From the NCBI GenBank assembly GCA_965603825.1, contig CBFDEM010000028.1, positions 124,001 through 188,000 on the forward strand: DNA of 64,000 nt. Reading direction: 5' to 3'. Position numbers and translations under genes: made by a program. This stretch comes from Blepharisma stoltei ATCC 30299. Lineage: Eukaryota > Protista > Ciliophora. The notes below the pieces were generated by a model. That model was not told the origin of the DNA, made no database searches, and worked only from the letters and a program-made list of their open reading frames with translations. How positions within the stretch are numbered: the first letter of the stretch is position 1; each line of letters begins with the position of its first letter. Shown in pieces: positions 49,535 to 59,773 of this stretch.

Positions 49535-52500
49535 ATGGTTGATTTCCTCAACGCAGTCACTATTCGAAGAAGCGACCTTGATGACAGTGAATTAATAGAA
49601 GACTTGATAAGGGGTGACGTTCACCGTGAGGCCGCCAAGCGATTATTCGGCGTTGACATTAGCATCACGAACTTCATTGAGACATCTTATCTTTCAGTTA
49701 CTGCACTAGACCCAGATGGCACTATCATCGCTTTTGCAGTCTTCGACGACTATCCTCCAGGCCTACGTAGCAATGATGGCAAGCACGAAAACTATTGGGA
49801 GCCTTGGTACAACCTTGCAAGAGGGGTTAATGATGAGCTAAACTCCCACAACACGCTTTGGCTTAAATTCTATGCAATTGGAGAAGCTGAGCCGGAAATC
49901 CAGAACGAAATCTTTGTAAAGATTTTGCAAAGCGCTTATTACTCATTACCGATTATTCGTGGGACTATGTTTTTAGCGCGTGGAGAGGCTCAGCCAGAAG
50001 ATTACCAAATTACAGGGTTTGAGTATATAAAGGACAAGTTTGAAGAATTAGATTTACATAGAAGGGAGCAGCTGAGTGAGGTCAGAGGGGTCCATTTCAA
50101 CACAATCTTTTATTACTCAGATAGAAGAATGATCATTCCTCAGCTTGAAATCAGAATTGCTAGAGAAGAAGACCACGATGATTTAGCTGCAATTTTTAAC
50201 TCTCAGTCAGATATCACCACTGATGTATATGGAGACTATTATATAGCAGAACTTATAGCTCAACAAAGCCCTCAGCTGAAATCTTTTACTGCTCAAGTAA
50301 ATGAAAAAGCTGTCGGCATGCTTACTGTTAAATCAGATATCGTCATAAATGACTTATGGCCTTGTTTCGAGCTAGATCCTTATGATAACTTGCTTGACCC
50401 AGACTATATGGACATTGTGAGAGAAAAAAGAAACCAAATTATTGAGAAAAGAGCTATTGAGGCCCAAGAAAGGGCAAGGCAAGAAGCCAAAAGACAGAGG
50501 GAAGAGACTATGATTTGTAACATGATTGCACAAAGAATGTCCTTACAAGAGTATTTATTGATGAAGCAAGAACAAATTTTTGCAGAGCTTGATGGGATTA
50601 TGAATAATGAAGACAATTATCAGGCTATGGATAGAAAAGCGGTCCAGGGGCTGATTGATGGGTGGCTTGATAATTTTGTGGTTCAGCAGCCTTCTGAGTA
50701 TTTTTTAGATCATCCTAGTGATGATACTACTTTAGTTTGTAACATTTTATCTGAAAGCGAATTTTTCTATGACTGCTTAGAATTTTTCGGCCTCCCAGAA
50801 GGCTATATGAACGGAGAAGGCCACTTCACAAACTGGTATCGCAAAAAAGAAGAAGAACTTAAACAAAGCCAAGCCGCAAAAGGAGCTACCTACGGCAAAC
50901 AAAGAGGTGGTAAAAGAGACGTTAAAAAGATTCGTCTCCAAGAAGAGCTCAAACTCCCAGACATTCCTGAGCATTTCGACTTAGAACCTTTAATGAAAGC
51001 CCTGCGTGCTTTTATTGACGCAAATTCTGACAGCAGAACCCGCTTCAGAAACGAAGTCAAGCGGAATTTAGCAAAACTTGAGTATTGTTTCAGAAAAGAA
51101 GATGGGACAGTTGATAAAAATTTGGTCAATATAAATACAACGAATTTTGCAGTACATCTTGAAAAAGGAGGGTTTAATTTTGACCCTGTTGTAGCTAATG
51201 TAATTGGACCCATGCTGAGGTGCTTTGGAAATTTAATGACAAGAAATGAACAAAAAGTATATCAGCCGCCTCAGCCAGCTGAAGAAGAAAAAAAAGCAAC
51301 GAAGTTCCAAAGAGGCAGAGGCAGAGCACAGCAAGAAAAAGAACAAAAAGTGCAGCTGTCACAAGAAGTAGAGTGTGGGGTTATAGTTGAACATCAGAAA
51401 AATAAAGAAGGACAAGTGCTGCCTGCTTATGTCACTTATATGAAAACTTCTTACAATGACGTCATAAGATCATTAGACATTATTGAAGACTTCGACAAAA
51501 CTCTCTATCAGCTACAAATGGTAAGTGGAGAAGAGCTTAAAAAAGAAGCTGAATTTTTAGATAGAGAAAATATGAACTCTAGACAAAGATCATCAGAAGC
51601 TGGAATGTCAAGGCAAGCTTCTATGATGAGACAAACTGGAGAAAATTTCGAAATCGAAAGAAAACTGTCAACACAACATGCTTCAGATGAAGACGAAATT
51701 AACTTTGAAAACGACAAAGAATTGCTGTATAAAGAAGCTGTAGCGGAGTTAGATGACTTAAATTCTATACCAGACCCGCCAGAAATTGCAAAAAATGCGT
51801 TTTGTTTGGTGCTGTATTGTATAGATGAAGCTTTCGATTCGTTTGGAATTGAATTTTTAGAGACTGCATTTGCACAGTTTCCGACTAGGGATTATATGAT
51901 TATTACGCAGCCACATACTGTGCCTGAAAACTCACTTATGAAATTTTTCACGCCTATACCTAAGAAGCCAAGTAATACATATTCACATGTCCTTTATGTT
52001 ATGCATCGTGATTGCTTGATGTTTAGACATATACAAGTCAGACGAACAGATCACTCTGACCTAGAAAACATGGACCACCTTTTAAGCACCCTAGAAAACA
52101 CCAACGAAGTTTTAGAGAAAGTAAAACTTTCTTTAGAAGAAAAAGCAGACTGTCCATTCGTCAGTTTTACAGCTTTATGCAAATCAGAAATAATCGGCCT
52201 ATTTGTCTTATCTCTTGATGTAAACTTACGATACTATCAGTCTCATTTTCACATAGAAGAACATATGCTCCTTAATGAGCACAAACGAGAAGGCCATACC
52301 CGTCTCCTACACGAAGTCATAAATCCTATATTTTTAAGGTGCCAAAATCTTATGGTCAGAGACGTAATGAGACTTATGAATAAAACTTGCATGTACTTTG
52401 AAATCCACGACATGACGGTCATTCCTGACATTTTTAATGACCTATTATATGCAAGATCGCGAAAATTCCCCCATTTCTTAGACAAGCCTTGGGACCATGA

Positions 52501-54409
52501 AAAAGCCCTCACAAATGAAACTGATGGACTTGCCAACCAAGATGGAGCTGACCGAAAATACCAAGACGAAAAAGAAAGCGATTTTGCTTTATGCTTTATT
52601 ACAAAAAAGCATTTAAGTGAGCCAAAAATTGTAGTTAACCATAGAATTGTGGTAGTTGGAGCTTCAGACGCAGGGATTTCCTTTATCGAGTCATTGCTGT
52701 CTAATATGTATTTACAGTTCAATAATATTTATTTGCTAGCTCCAGGAGGATTATCATATTACCATATAAAAAACGAGTCACAGAACATGAAAGCAAGCTC
52801 TACCAGCTATTCATTATCAGAAATGATTAGACTGTTATTGGAAAGCAGAGTTACTGTGATTGATGGAAGATTAATTGAAATTGATAGAGAACATAAACAA
52901 ATTATCCTGCATGATGACTCAAAACTGATGTATGATATATTAATTTTGACTATGGGGCTACAAGATTCAACATTGCAACAGATGGGAAGAGTTAGTAGAG
53001 GAATAGCACCAATCCCTGAAAATAAAATATATACAGATGGGGTACTTTCAATTGATGACCCGTACTTGTACCAACATTTCAGACCTGAAGGAAATTTGAT
53101 GGCAATTTTAAATCATAGAAAACAGCCTGGGACGACTGTTATTTATGGGTATACGCTGAACGCATTTGCATTTATACAAGGACTGCTGAGTAAAGGAATT
53201 AACCCAATAAGAATCAAGCTAGTTGTGCCACATGCAGTTTTTGAGCCAGATGACAGCTTAGATCCTCATTTTGGAGGTGATGAAAATATCCTTATAAACC
53301 ACCCTGCTTTTGAAAATGATCAAAACGTCGAAAAAAGGATGCGAGAAGAGCTGAAAAAGCTAAATATCCAAGCTTATTATGGAGCTACCTTACTAAGCAT
53401 TAACACTGACGATAAAAGCAACTTACAGTCCATCACAATCAGCTATAATGAAGAAGAGCTCACATTAAACTGCAAAGTGTTAGTGACTGCTGGAAGAGTG
53501 GACGTGGATGATGAAATCTTTGGAGCAATCCATAACAATGGGCTTGTCTTTAACGGCAGAGTCATTGTGAGCAACCAATTCTTGACCACTGACCCTTCTA
53601 TATATGCTGCTGGAACCTTATGTGAGTTTTCTCAGCAATTCAGATCTCTCTCAGCAGGAAGGTGTCTAAGAATGGACCGCTATAACGGCAGAGAAATAGG
53701 TGTCAGATTAGCTAGATCTGTGCTAAGCATGATTGAGCTTGATTCGCTACAAGGACTTTTTGAAGACCTTAAAGACGAAATGCCTTATTTCTATATGCCC
53801 CGTGGAAAAGGTGGCATGCTCCCAGGAAATTTCCACTATTATTATATTGAAGCTCCAAAGTACGCTGAGCCTAAAATCATTAAAAATAATCCCAAAAATA
53901 GAGAAGACGTCATTTCTGATACAATTCATACTGACGAAGAAGGAAATATTAAAGGACACTATATAAAATTCACGTTTAATAATTTTGGATTGGTAGACTC
54001 AGTCACTTATTTCAGCAAAGAATCAGTCGAGGTCCAAAGCTTGTGGAGATTTGTAGGGCTTAGTGAAACTTATTTAAATAAATTGAGCCAAAGATTTAAA
54101 AATAACTTGATTCCTGATGTCGCTGAATTTTTGTCAGAAAATTGGGCGATGGCGCTATATCATGATTGGTTTGCAGAATTCAGTAATGGGGTCAAAGGAG
54201 ATTTGAAGCAGAGCATAGCGGATATTATTGAAAAGGTAAAAGAAATGGCTGATAAAGGAGAAGAACTTACGCGTGAACAAGTACTAAAATTAAAAGCGAT
54301 GGTACCAAAAGAAGCAAAAAGAATGGTTCAGGAAAGCACTTTGAGATATATCAAGAGCAACTTGAATCATTTGCCAATGTATTACATTCCTGGAGTGGAG
54401 TTTCCTTAA
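49535..54409 (+). CDS. CFAP61: Cilia- and flagella-associated protein 61
   Basis: RIAREEDHDDL, EPKIVVNHRIVVVGASDAG (Rossmann-like), NNGLVFNGR..TDPSIYAAG, and ENWAMALYHDWF. Confidence 0.88.
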   Translation: MVDFLNAVTIRRSDLDDSELIEDLIRGDVHREAAKRLFGVDISITNFIETSYLSVTALDPDGTIIAFAVFDDYPPGLRSNDGKHENYWEPWYNLARGVNDELNSHNTLWLKFYAIGEAEPEIQNEIFVKILQSAYYSLPIIRGTMFLARGEAQPEDYQITGFEYIKDKFEELDLHRREQLSEVRGVHFNTIFYYSDRRMIIPQLEIRIAREEDHDDLAAIFNSQSDITTDVYGDYYIAELIAQQSPQLKSFTAQVNEKAVGMLTVKSDIVINDLWPCFELDPYDNLLDPDYMDIVREKRNQIIEKRAIEAQERARQEAKRQREETMICNMIAQRMSLQEYLLMKQEQIFAELDGIMNNEDNYQAMDRKAVQGLIDGWLDNFVVQQPSEYFLDHPSDDTTLVCNILSESEFFYDCLEFFGLPEGYMNGEGHFTNWYRKKEEELKQSQAAKGATYGKQRGGKRDVKKIRLQEELKLPDIPEHFDLEPLMKALRAFIDANSDSRTRFRNEVKRNLAKLEYCFRKEDGTVDKNLVNINTTNFAVHLEKGGFNFDPVVANVIGPMLRCFGNLMTRNEQKVYQPPQPAEEEKKATKFQRGRGRAQQEKEQKVQLSQEVECGVIVEHQKNKEGQVLPAYVTYMKTSYNDVIRSLDIIEDFDKTLYQLQMVSGEELKKEAEFLDRENMNSRQRSSEAGMSRQASMMRQTGENFEIERKLSTQHASDEDEINFENDKELLYKEAVAELDDLNSIPDPPEIAKNAFCLVLYCIDEAFDSFGIEFLETAFAQFPTRDYMIITQPHTVPENSLMKFFTPIPKKPSNTYSHVLYVMHRDCLMFRHIQVRRTDHSDLENMDHLLSTLENTNEVLEKVKLSLEEKADCPFVSFTALCKSEIIGLFVLSLDVNLRYYQSHFHIEEHMLLNEHKREGHTRLLHEVINPIFLRCQNLMVRDVMRLMNKTCMYFEIHDMTVIPDIFNDLLYARSRKFPHFLDKPWDHEKALTNETDGLANQDGADRKYQDEKESDFALCFITKKHLSEPKIVVNHRIVVVGASDAGISFIESLLSNMYLQFNNIYLLAPGGLSYYHIKNESQNMKASSTSYSLSEMIRLLLESRVTVIDGRLIEIDREHKQIILHDDSKLMYDILILTMGLQDSTLQQMGRVSRGIAPIPENKIYTDGVLSIDDPYLYQHFRPEGNLMAILNHRKQPGTTVIYGYTLNAFAFIQGLLSKGINPIRIKLVVPHAVFEPDDSLDPHFGGDENILINHPAFENDQNVEKRMREELKKLNIQAYYGATLLSINTDDKSNLQSITISYNEEELTLNCKVLVTAGRVDVDDEIFGAIHNNGLVFNGRVIVSNQFLTTDPSIYAAGTLCEFSQQFRSLSAGRCLRMDRYNGREIGVRLARSVLSMIELDSLQGLFEDLKDEMPYFYMPRGKGGMLPGNFHYYYIEAPKYAEPKIIKNNPKNREDVISDTIHTDEEGNIKGHYIKFTFNNFGLVDSVTYFSKESVEVQSLWRFVGLSETYLNKLSQRFKNNLIPDVAEFLSENWAMALYHDWFAEFSNGVKGDLKQSIADIIEKVKEMADKGEELTREQVLKLKAMVPKEAKRMVQESTLRYIKSNLNHLPMYYIPGVEFP

Positions 54410-54613
54410 TTATTTTCATAGTTATAATTTATTTTATTTAATATGTAGTAAATGCTATATAAATTTATTTTATTTGACATAAACCAATGTTAAATTTTCT
54501 GCTTTTGTGAATTTTTTTTAATATAAATTCCTTTTGCAAAAATAGGCTATTCCATGCTTATTTAGCTACATTACATAAGCTAAAATCAATGATCCTTAAA
54601 TGAAGTCATATAA

Positions 54614-55735
54614 ATGGTATATAAGCCGACTATACAAGGGCAATATTCAAGGTTCGTTTCTTATAATCTTCCTCTGCTGAAATCTCATGTTGACGCAGAA
54701 AGGATCATCAATTCAAAAGCCAGAACTCGCTCAAAAGGTTTATTGATTGATGTATGGAGAGAAATTCCAGCAGACCAAAAGCCAGACTTTCCGAAATATA
54801 TCTCGCCAGAATTCGAAGAAGACTTGCAAACTAAAGGAGAAATTGGGAAAATAAGGTTAAAACTATATAAGGCCAATTTTCTGAAGTTAAATTCCCCAAA
54901 AGGTTTTTTTCATTCAAATACGTTAACAGGACGGGCTACGTCCAGAGTTGGAACGCCTTCACTGACCCCGAGTACATCTAGGAAAAATTTAATACAGTTT
55001 AAGATAAATACCCCAGTTCCAGCATCACCTTGTGCTGAAACCCCTAAGCCAAAAAAAATTCGGACTGAAGTACAGTCTCCGTCTGATTCCATGATTAAGA
55101 TCAAAATGAAGTCATCCTCACCAGACATAGCCCGTGTTAAAGAAAAATGCAGATTTTTAAAACGAAAAGAAAATTCTCCTGGTGACAATGCTTTGAAATA
55201 TACGTTAAAATATTTCGAGAGCGATGAAGGAAAGCAGACTCTAAAGCCAGAATCCCATAAATATTTTGGGATCATTTCTGAAATTCCTTACAAGCTCTAT
55301 TTAGGGCTTCCAGAAAGGCAAGGGTCACTTTATATCACTGATATAAAGGGTGCAAATGACCTCAGCCAAATAAAGCCGTTAAATATATATGCTGTGCTTA
55401 CTCTAGGTGTTTCAAATACTCCTTATAATTATACATTTATTAAAGGAGGATATATGACAATTGATTTAGAAGACGATGAAGCCTCTGAGCTTCCGAATAT
55501 ACTGATAAAGGTTACGAAATTTTTAGACCATTATTTGCAGAAAGGAAATGTTTTAGTCCACGACTATTATGGAGTTAACAGGTCTTGCGCAGTTGTTGTG
55601 CTGTATTTGATGAAAAAGTATTCTATGAAGATGCATATGGCAATAAAGGCTGTAACAGAAGGAAGACCATGCTCCGATATTAAACCTGAATTTAAATCTT
55701 TAATAGAAAGATTTCAAAATAGAGGGCAGATGTAA
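54614..55735 (+). CDS. Dual-specificity phosphatase-like protein, probably inactive
   Basis: C-terminal DSP fold (GSLYI, GNVLVHDYYGVNRS, YLMKKY, RP..I.P.F); catalytic Cys replaced by Asp. Confidence 0.8.
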   Translation: MVYKPTIQGQYSRFVSYNLPLLKSHVDAERIINSKARTRSKGLLIDVWREIPADQKPDFPKYISPEFEEDLQTKGEIGKIRLKLYKANFLKLNSPKGFFHSNTLTGRATSRVGTPSLTPSTSRKNLIQFKINTPVPASPCAETPKPKKIRTEVQSPSDSMIKIKMKSSSPDIARVKEKCRFLKRKENSPGDNALKYTLKYFESDEGKQTLKPESHKYFGIISEIPYKLYLGLPERQGSLYITDIKGANDLSQIKPLNIYAVLTLGVSNTPYNYTFIKGGYMTIDLEDDEASELPNILIKVTKFLDHYLQKGNVLVHDYYGVNRSCAVVVLYLMKKYSMKMHMAIKAVTEGRPCSDIKPEFKSLIERFQNRGQM

Positions 55736-56458
55736 AATCGGCGATTTTGAGTTATGTAAATAATTATTGTATTTAGTTAATATTTCTATTATTATGATTT
55801 TGTAGTAGCAAAAAATAAATTAAAAAAATGTTTTAGCTTGGATAAATTAATTAGATATTCATAATCTTTGGCATTTGGGTTTATTAAATTTAATCATTAT
55901 TATTTTTTTCCAAAAAATAATCCTTTGGGATGATTATTGAACTTTATTTAAATAAATCAGTATCTTTTTATATTTTTTAATAATTATAAATTTCAGAATT
56001 TTTTTAAATTTTAACTAGCTATTAAAGCTTAGCCATAACTCTATCATCCAAATTGAATCTATAATACCCGCTTTCCATGTTACTTCCAATGAAAATTGTT
56101 TCTTTATTATATGAGCAATATACTTGACTTGGCCCATCTTTACCAATTATAGAATTTCTAATTGGTTTCCATATATTATCATCTCCAATTTCACTCTCAT
56201 AAACCAAGCCATTTCCGCACTCAATTAAAACTGCTCGATCTGCAGCTCTAATTAGTGGCTTTCTTTTATTTTCTGCAAAGTCAAACAAAATTGGTGTAAA
56301 ATAATCTTCATCAATTTTATATCGCAAAATTTTACTACCCAGCTTCCCTGAAACCAAAATATTTTCGTTATAAACTATGCAATCGCATAGGAAATCAGCT
56401 TTTGGTAAAGATGCTAATTTAATTCAGTTTGGTCCATATTTCTCTGAAAGATTCAGCT

Positions 56459-56574
56459 TATAGTTAACGGTTTTAAATTGAAATTCAAAATAAGGATGTT
56501 CAGTCAGTACCAAAATAATAAACAAAAAGATAATTTTATTTGTCTAGTATTAAATATTGATTTAGTATTGTATA
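56459..56574. mobile_element. IES-like TA-bounded insert (114 bp plus one TA)
   Basis: TATA at both ends; removal restores FGGSNNKLNLSEKY in frame and deletes three stops. Confidence 0.5.
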
Positions 56575-57065
56575 TTATTAGATCCTCCAAAGCAATAAAT
56601 GTTTTGATCATTATAAACAGCTGATGACCATTTCGAAGGAACTTCTGGTGACAGCGTTTGAACTCGGAATTCCCCATCAATAAGTAGAGAAGCGTCAGAA
56701 ATAGCACTGTTTCCAAAGCAAAACAATCCATCATTAGGAATTGCTATGCATGTCCCTACATCTAGGACTTCAGAAACATCCAATAATTTATTGCTTTCTT
56801 TTTGAATTTCAGCATCATAAATAGCTAGCTTTGCACTATTATTTTCTTCTTCAGCTAATGAAAGAGAAGTTTTTGGATCGTTATCATTTAATCAATCCTT
56901 AAAAAGGTCTAGAAAACTCTGTTTGTGATTAATTGAATCTTTTTCTCCTTCTTCATATAAATAGCGGGTGTTTATAGAATCTTTTTTCGCATCATCTTCT
57001 TTTGGATTATCTGAGGTCTGAGAAATTTTAATACTTAATTCTTTTATTTTATCCTTCAATTTTTC

Positions 57066-57205
57066 TATTTTTTCGAATTTCATCTCAGCCTCAATTTTTT
57101 CAAATTTCATCTCATCTTCAATTTTTTTGAATTTCATCTCAGCCTCAATTTTTTCGGATTCCATCTCATCCTCAATTTTTTCTAATTTCATCTCAGCCTC
57201 TATTT
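57066..57205 (-). repeat. Coding 27-nt tandem repeat, ~5 copies (EKIE[A/D]EMKF)
   Basis: TTCATCTCA(G/T)C(C/T)TC(A/T)ATT units recur every 27 nt. Confidence 0.85.
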
Positions 57206-58587
57206 GAAATTGTGTGAAACTGTTAAGAGTCGTTTCAATATTGGAATGCTTAGATTTGTAATCTTCAGAAATGGCTTGTAAACGTTTATCTAGATTTTTA
57301 GCGTCATAATCTCTATAAAAAGTGAAATCTTCTTGATTTTTCTGAATTTCTGATTTTAAAGTTTCTATAGAACTTTCCATGCCACATATTTTTTCATCAT
57401 ATTCAGTAGTATTGTAATTCATGGATATAATAAGATTACTGAATGATTTTTCCAGTTTATGCAGCCTTGTGTCAAAATAGACTTCAAATTTTTATTTATG
57501 AATTGCTCAATCATATTTTCTATTTTTTGGCTAAAACTGCAAAATAATTTTATAATTCTTAAATTTCGAAGTAAGGAGTACTTTTAATTTTGCAATGGCC
57601 TCTTCTGGGTTTGAATTAAGTGTCTTGATTATTGGATCTTTATCAAATTTTGATACCTTTTCAGTTTGCATAATTTTGTTGAAACTGGCATTAATTTCAC
57701 ATAAATCAGATTCAAGGCCCCTAATAGATCCCTTAATCTCATTTATTGGATCCGAAAGATTCTTTCCAAAAGCTTCAATTAACTTTTCTTTGGCTTTTAC
57801 TTGCTTGGATTTCTCTTTATCGAGAAATCTCAGTACTGCATCTTTTGTGCCTTCATAGGGCTCACAAAGGAAAAATTCATATTTATGATCGCCTGAAAGC
57901 ATTTTAATATGCTTTCCTAAATGCAATTCGCAAATGTAAGTCCCTGGAGAAGTGCAAGGGCAGATACATTCAACTTCATTAGAGCAGTTTGGGAAAAAGC
58001 ATTGATAAGAACTCATATTTATAGAATCTTGAAAAAATGGATGCTTGACATTAAATTTTTACTGTCTAAGCTAAGCTTATAAAGTTAAATTATATTAACT
58101 CTATCAATGCATTATCATAAATTCTTAAATTTATAATAATCTAAGGGTGATTAATTTGCAAATTTCTGATCTTCCGATTAAAAGTGCCCATTTTGCAGAT
58201 TTTGAATATGAGATGTGGTTTTACACAGAAATTTTATCTTGCTGAGACTGGTTATTAACTTGAAAGGAAGCCGCTCAAGCTCTAACCAGCTTTAGGGATT
58301 TAAAGGGATTCTGATTTATTTCACTTCCAACTGATGGTAGTAGGAGAGCCTTTACTCACAACAGTGTCAAGTAATATCGAACTAGCTCACTCTTGAGCCG
58401 TTAAATTGGCAACATCATGCTTAAGTTACGCTAGCAAAGCAAAAACAGGCTGGCTGTAGATTGTGAGTCTGACATACGCTCGAATAGCGAAATCTTAAAA
58501 AGCAGGCAGCATTAAGAGCTCTAAATCTATTAATTTAGCTTAAAATCAGCTATTTAACTTTTTATTATTAATGACACAGCATATTCC

Positions 58588-59727
58588 TTATATTCATGCA
58601 CCTTTTTCTATTTTCCTACCAATATAATCACTGATATTTCCTTCAATCAAGACACTTTCAATTTCAAACTTTTCATTTGAATCCCTCATCTGTATTAAGC
58701 TATCTTTCCATTGCAAAAATCGTCTATTTTGGTAACTATTAGGCAGCTGCTTAAACTGAGATCTGTCTACCAATTTTTCTATTAACTTAATATCCCCATT
58801 TGTTAAAGGTAAAGGGTTTCCTTGGCAATCCCCAAAGTGAATTCCAAGTCAATGAGAAAATGGTAGCGCCAAACTGTCACATTCTCCCGACAATTTAAAT
58901 GAACCAAATGTATAAGTACAAAGAATCTGAAACCCATGTGGGTCAAAATCAGTCAAAATAAAGACAGGAATTCAGCCTCTTTCTTCAATAATTCTTCTAG
59001 CGAACTCTCTTGTCACTAAATCCGGGTATCCACACCCAGTTAGTCCTATTGCATTATAAGAATCAAAAAAATGCTCATCTACTAGTCTACTAAGAACTGT
59101 ATCTTTTTCAATTATGATAATAAATTCTGCATCAGTCTCTATATTAGAAACAACGTCCATATCTGGAGGTATTTTGCATACTCTATTACCGACTTGTACT
59201 TGAACCTCAGAATCACAATAAGATACATTTCCAGCTATCAATCCTTTTCCTGCACTAATAATATTAAGTCTATTCCTAGGCACTTGCAAAAGAGAAGCAG
59301 CTTGTTCTATAGCAGAATCTGAATTATTTTGCTTTCCAAACAGCTTAGGATCTTGATAATAAATTTCTCGCTTAGTTGATTTTGTTCCATCTTGAAGATT
59401 TATATATATAATTTCTAAAACCTTCATAAGTCTTGCATATCTTTTTGTACTTTTTGCATTGCCTACCGTTATTGTTTGAAAATTTGACTGACTTAGTCTA
59501 TTTACCCCAGTAGCTGGATCATACTCTGTATTTTTCGAATTTTGCAGAAAATTAAACGATGGGCTTTGTGCTGTGAAAACCTGTGTGACCGCCCTTATCA
59601 CCAAATCTTCAATTCTCTCCATAATTTCCTGTGCCGGTACATGCTGCGAAAACTGTGACAAATTTGGTATATCTTGTTTATATTTCGTCCAAAACTGAAA
59701 ACTGAGCTCTGCTAAAGAATTCAGCAT
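58588..59727 (-). CDS. SPO11: Meiotic double-strand-break endonuclease SPO11
   Basis: TKREIYY (catalytic Tyr), IIEKDT, TGCGYPD..TR, DFDPHG, H(W)LG, EIES and C-terminal KGA(W)I*; TGA at 58972, 58849 and 58594. Confidence 0.94.
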
Positions 59728-59773
59728 GAAGATATTTATTTAAATCTCCTTAATAATACCGCTCTATATAAAT

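Larger units (their letters stand above)
56022..58016 (-). pseudogene. Decayed Zn-binding/coiled-coil/Kelch family paralog (same architecture as 28872-30128)
   Basis: CFFPNC..CPC..ICELH..H N-terminus and IYCFGG / (W)IKLASLP Kelch motifs. In-frame TAG/TAA at ~57495-57533 and a stop-containing insert at ~56459-56574. Confidence 0.7.

Noticed and set aside
57493-57554. Second IES candidate (60 bp, TA-bounded)
   Set aside because: Excision creates an in-frame TAA; the segment reads as coding in a shifted frame.
58213-58374. 53-codon Trp-rich ORF; telomerase RNA or U5 identity for the island
   Set aside because: ORF length is expected by chance; no CCCTAACA-type template; GCCTTTAC is one T short of the U5 loop and has no Sm site.
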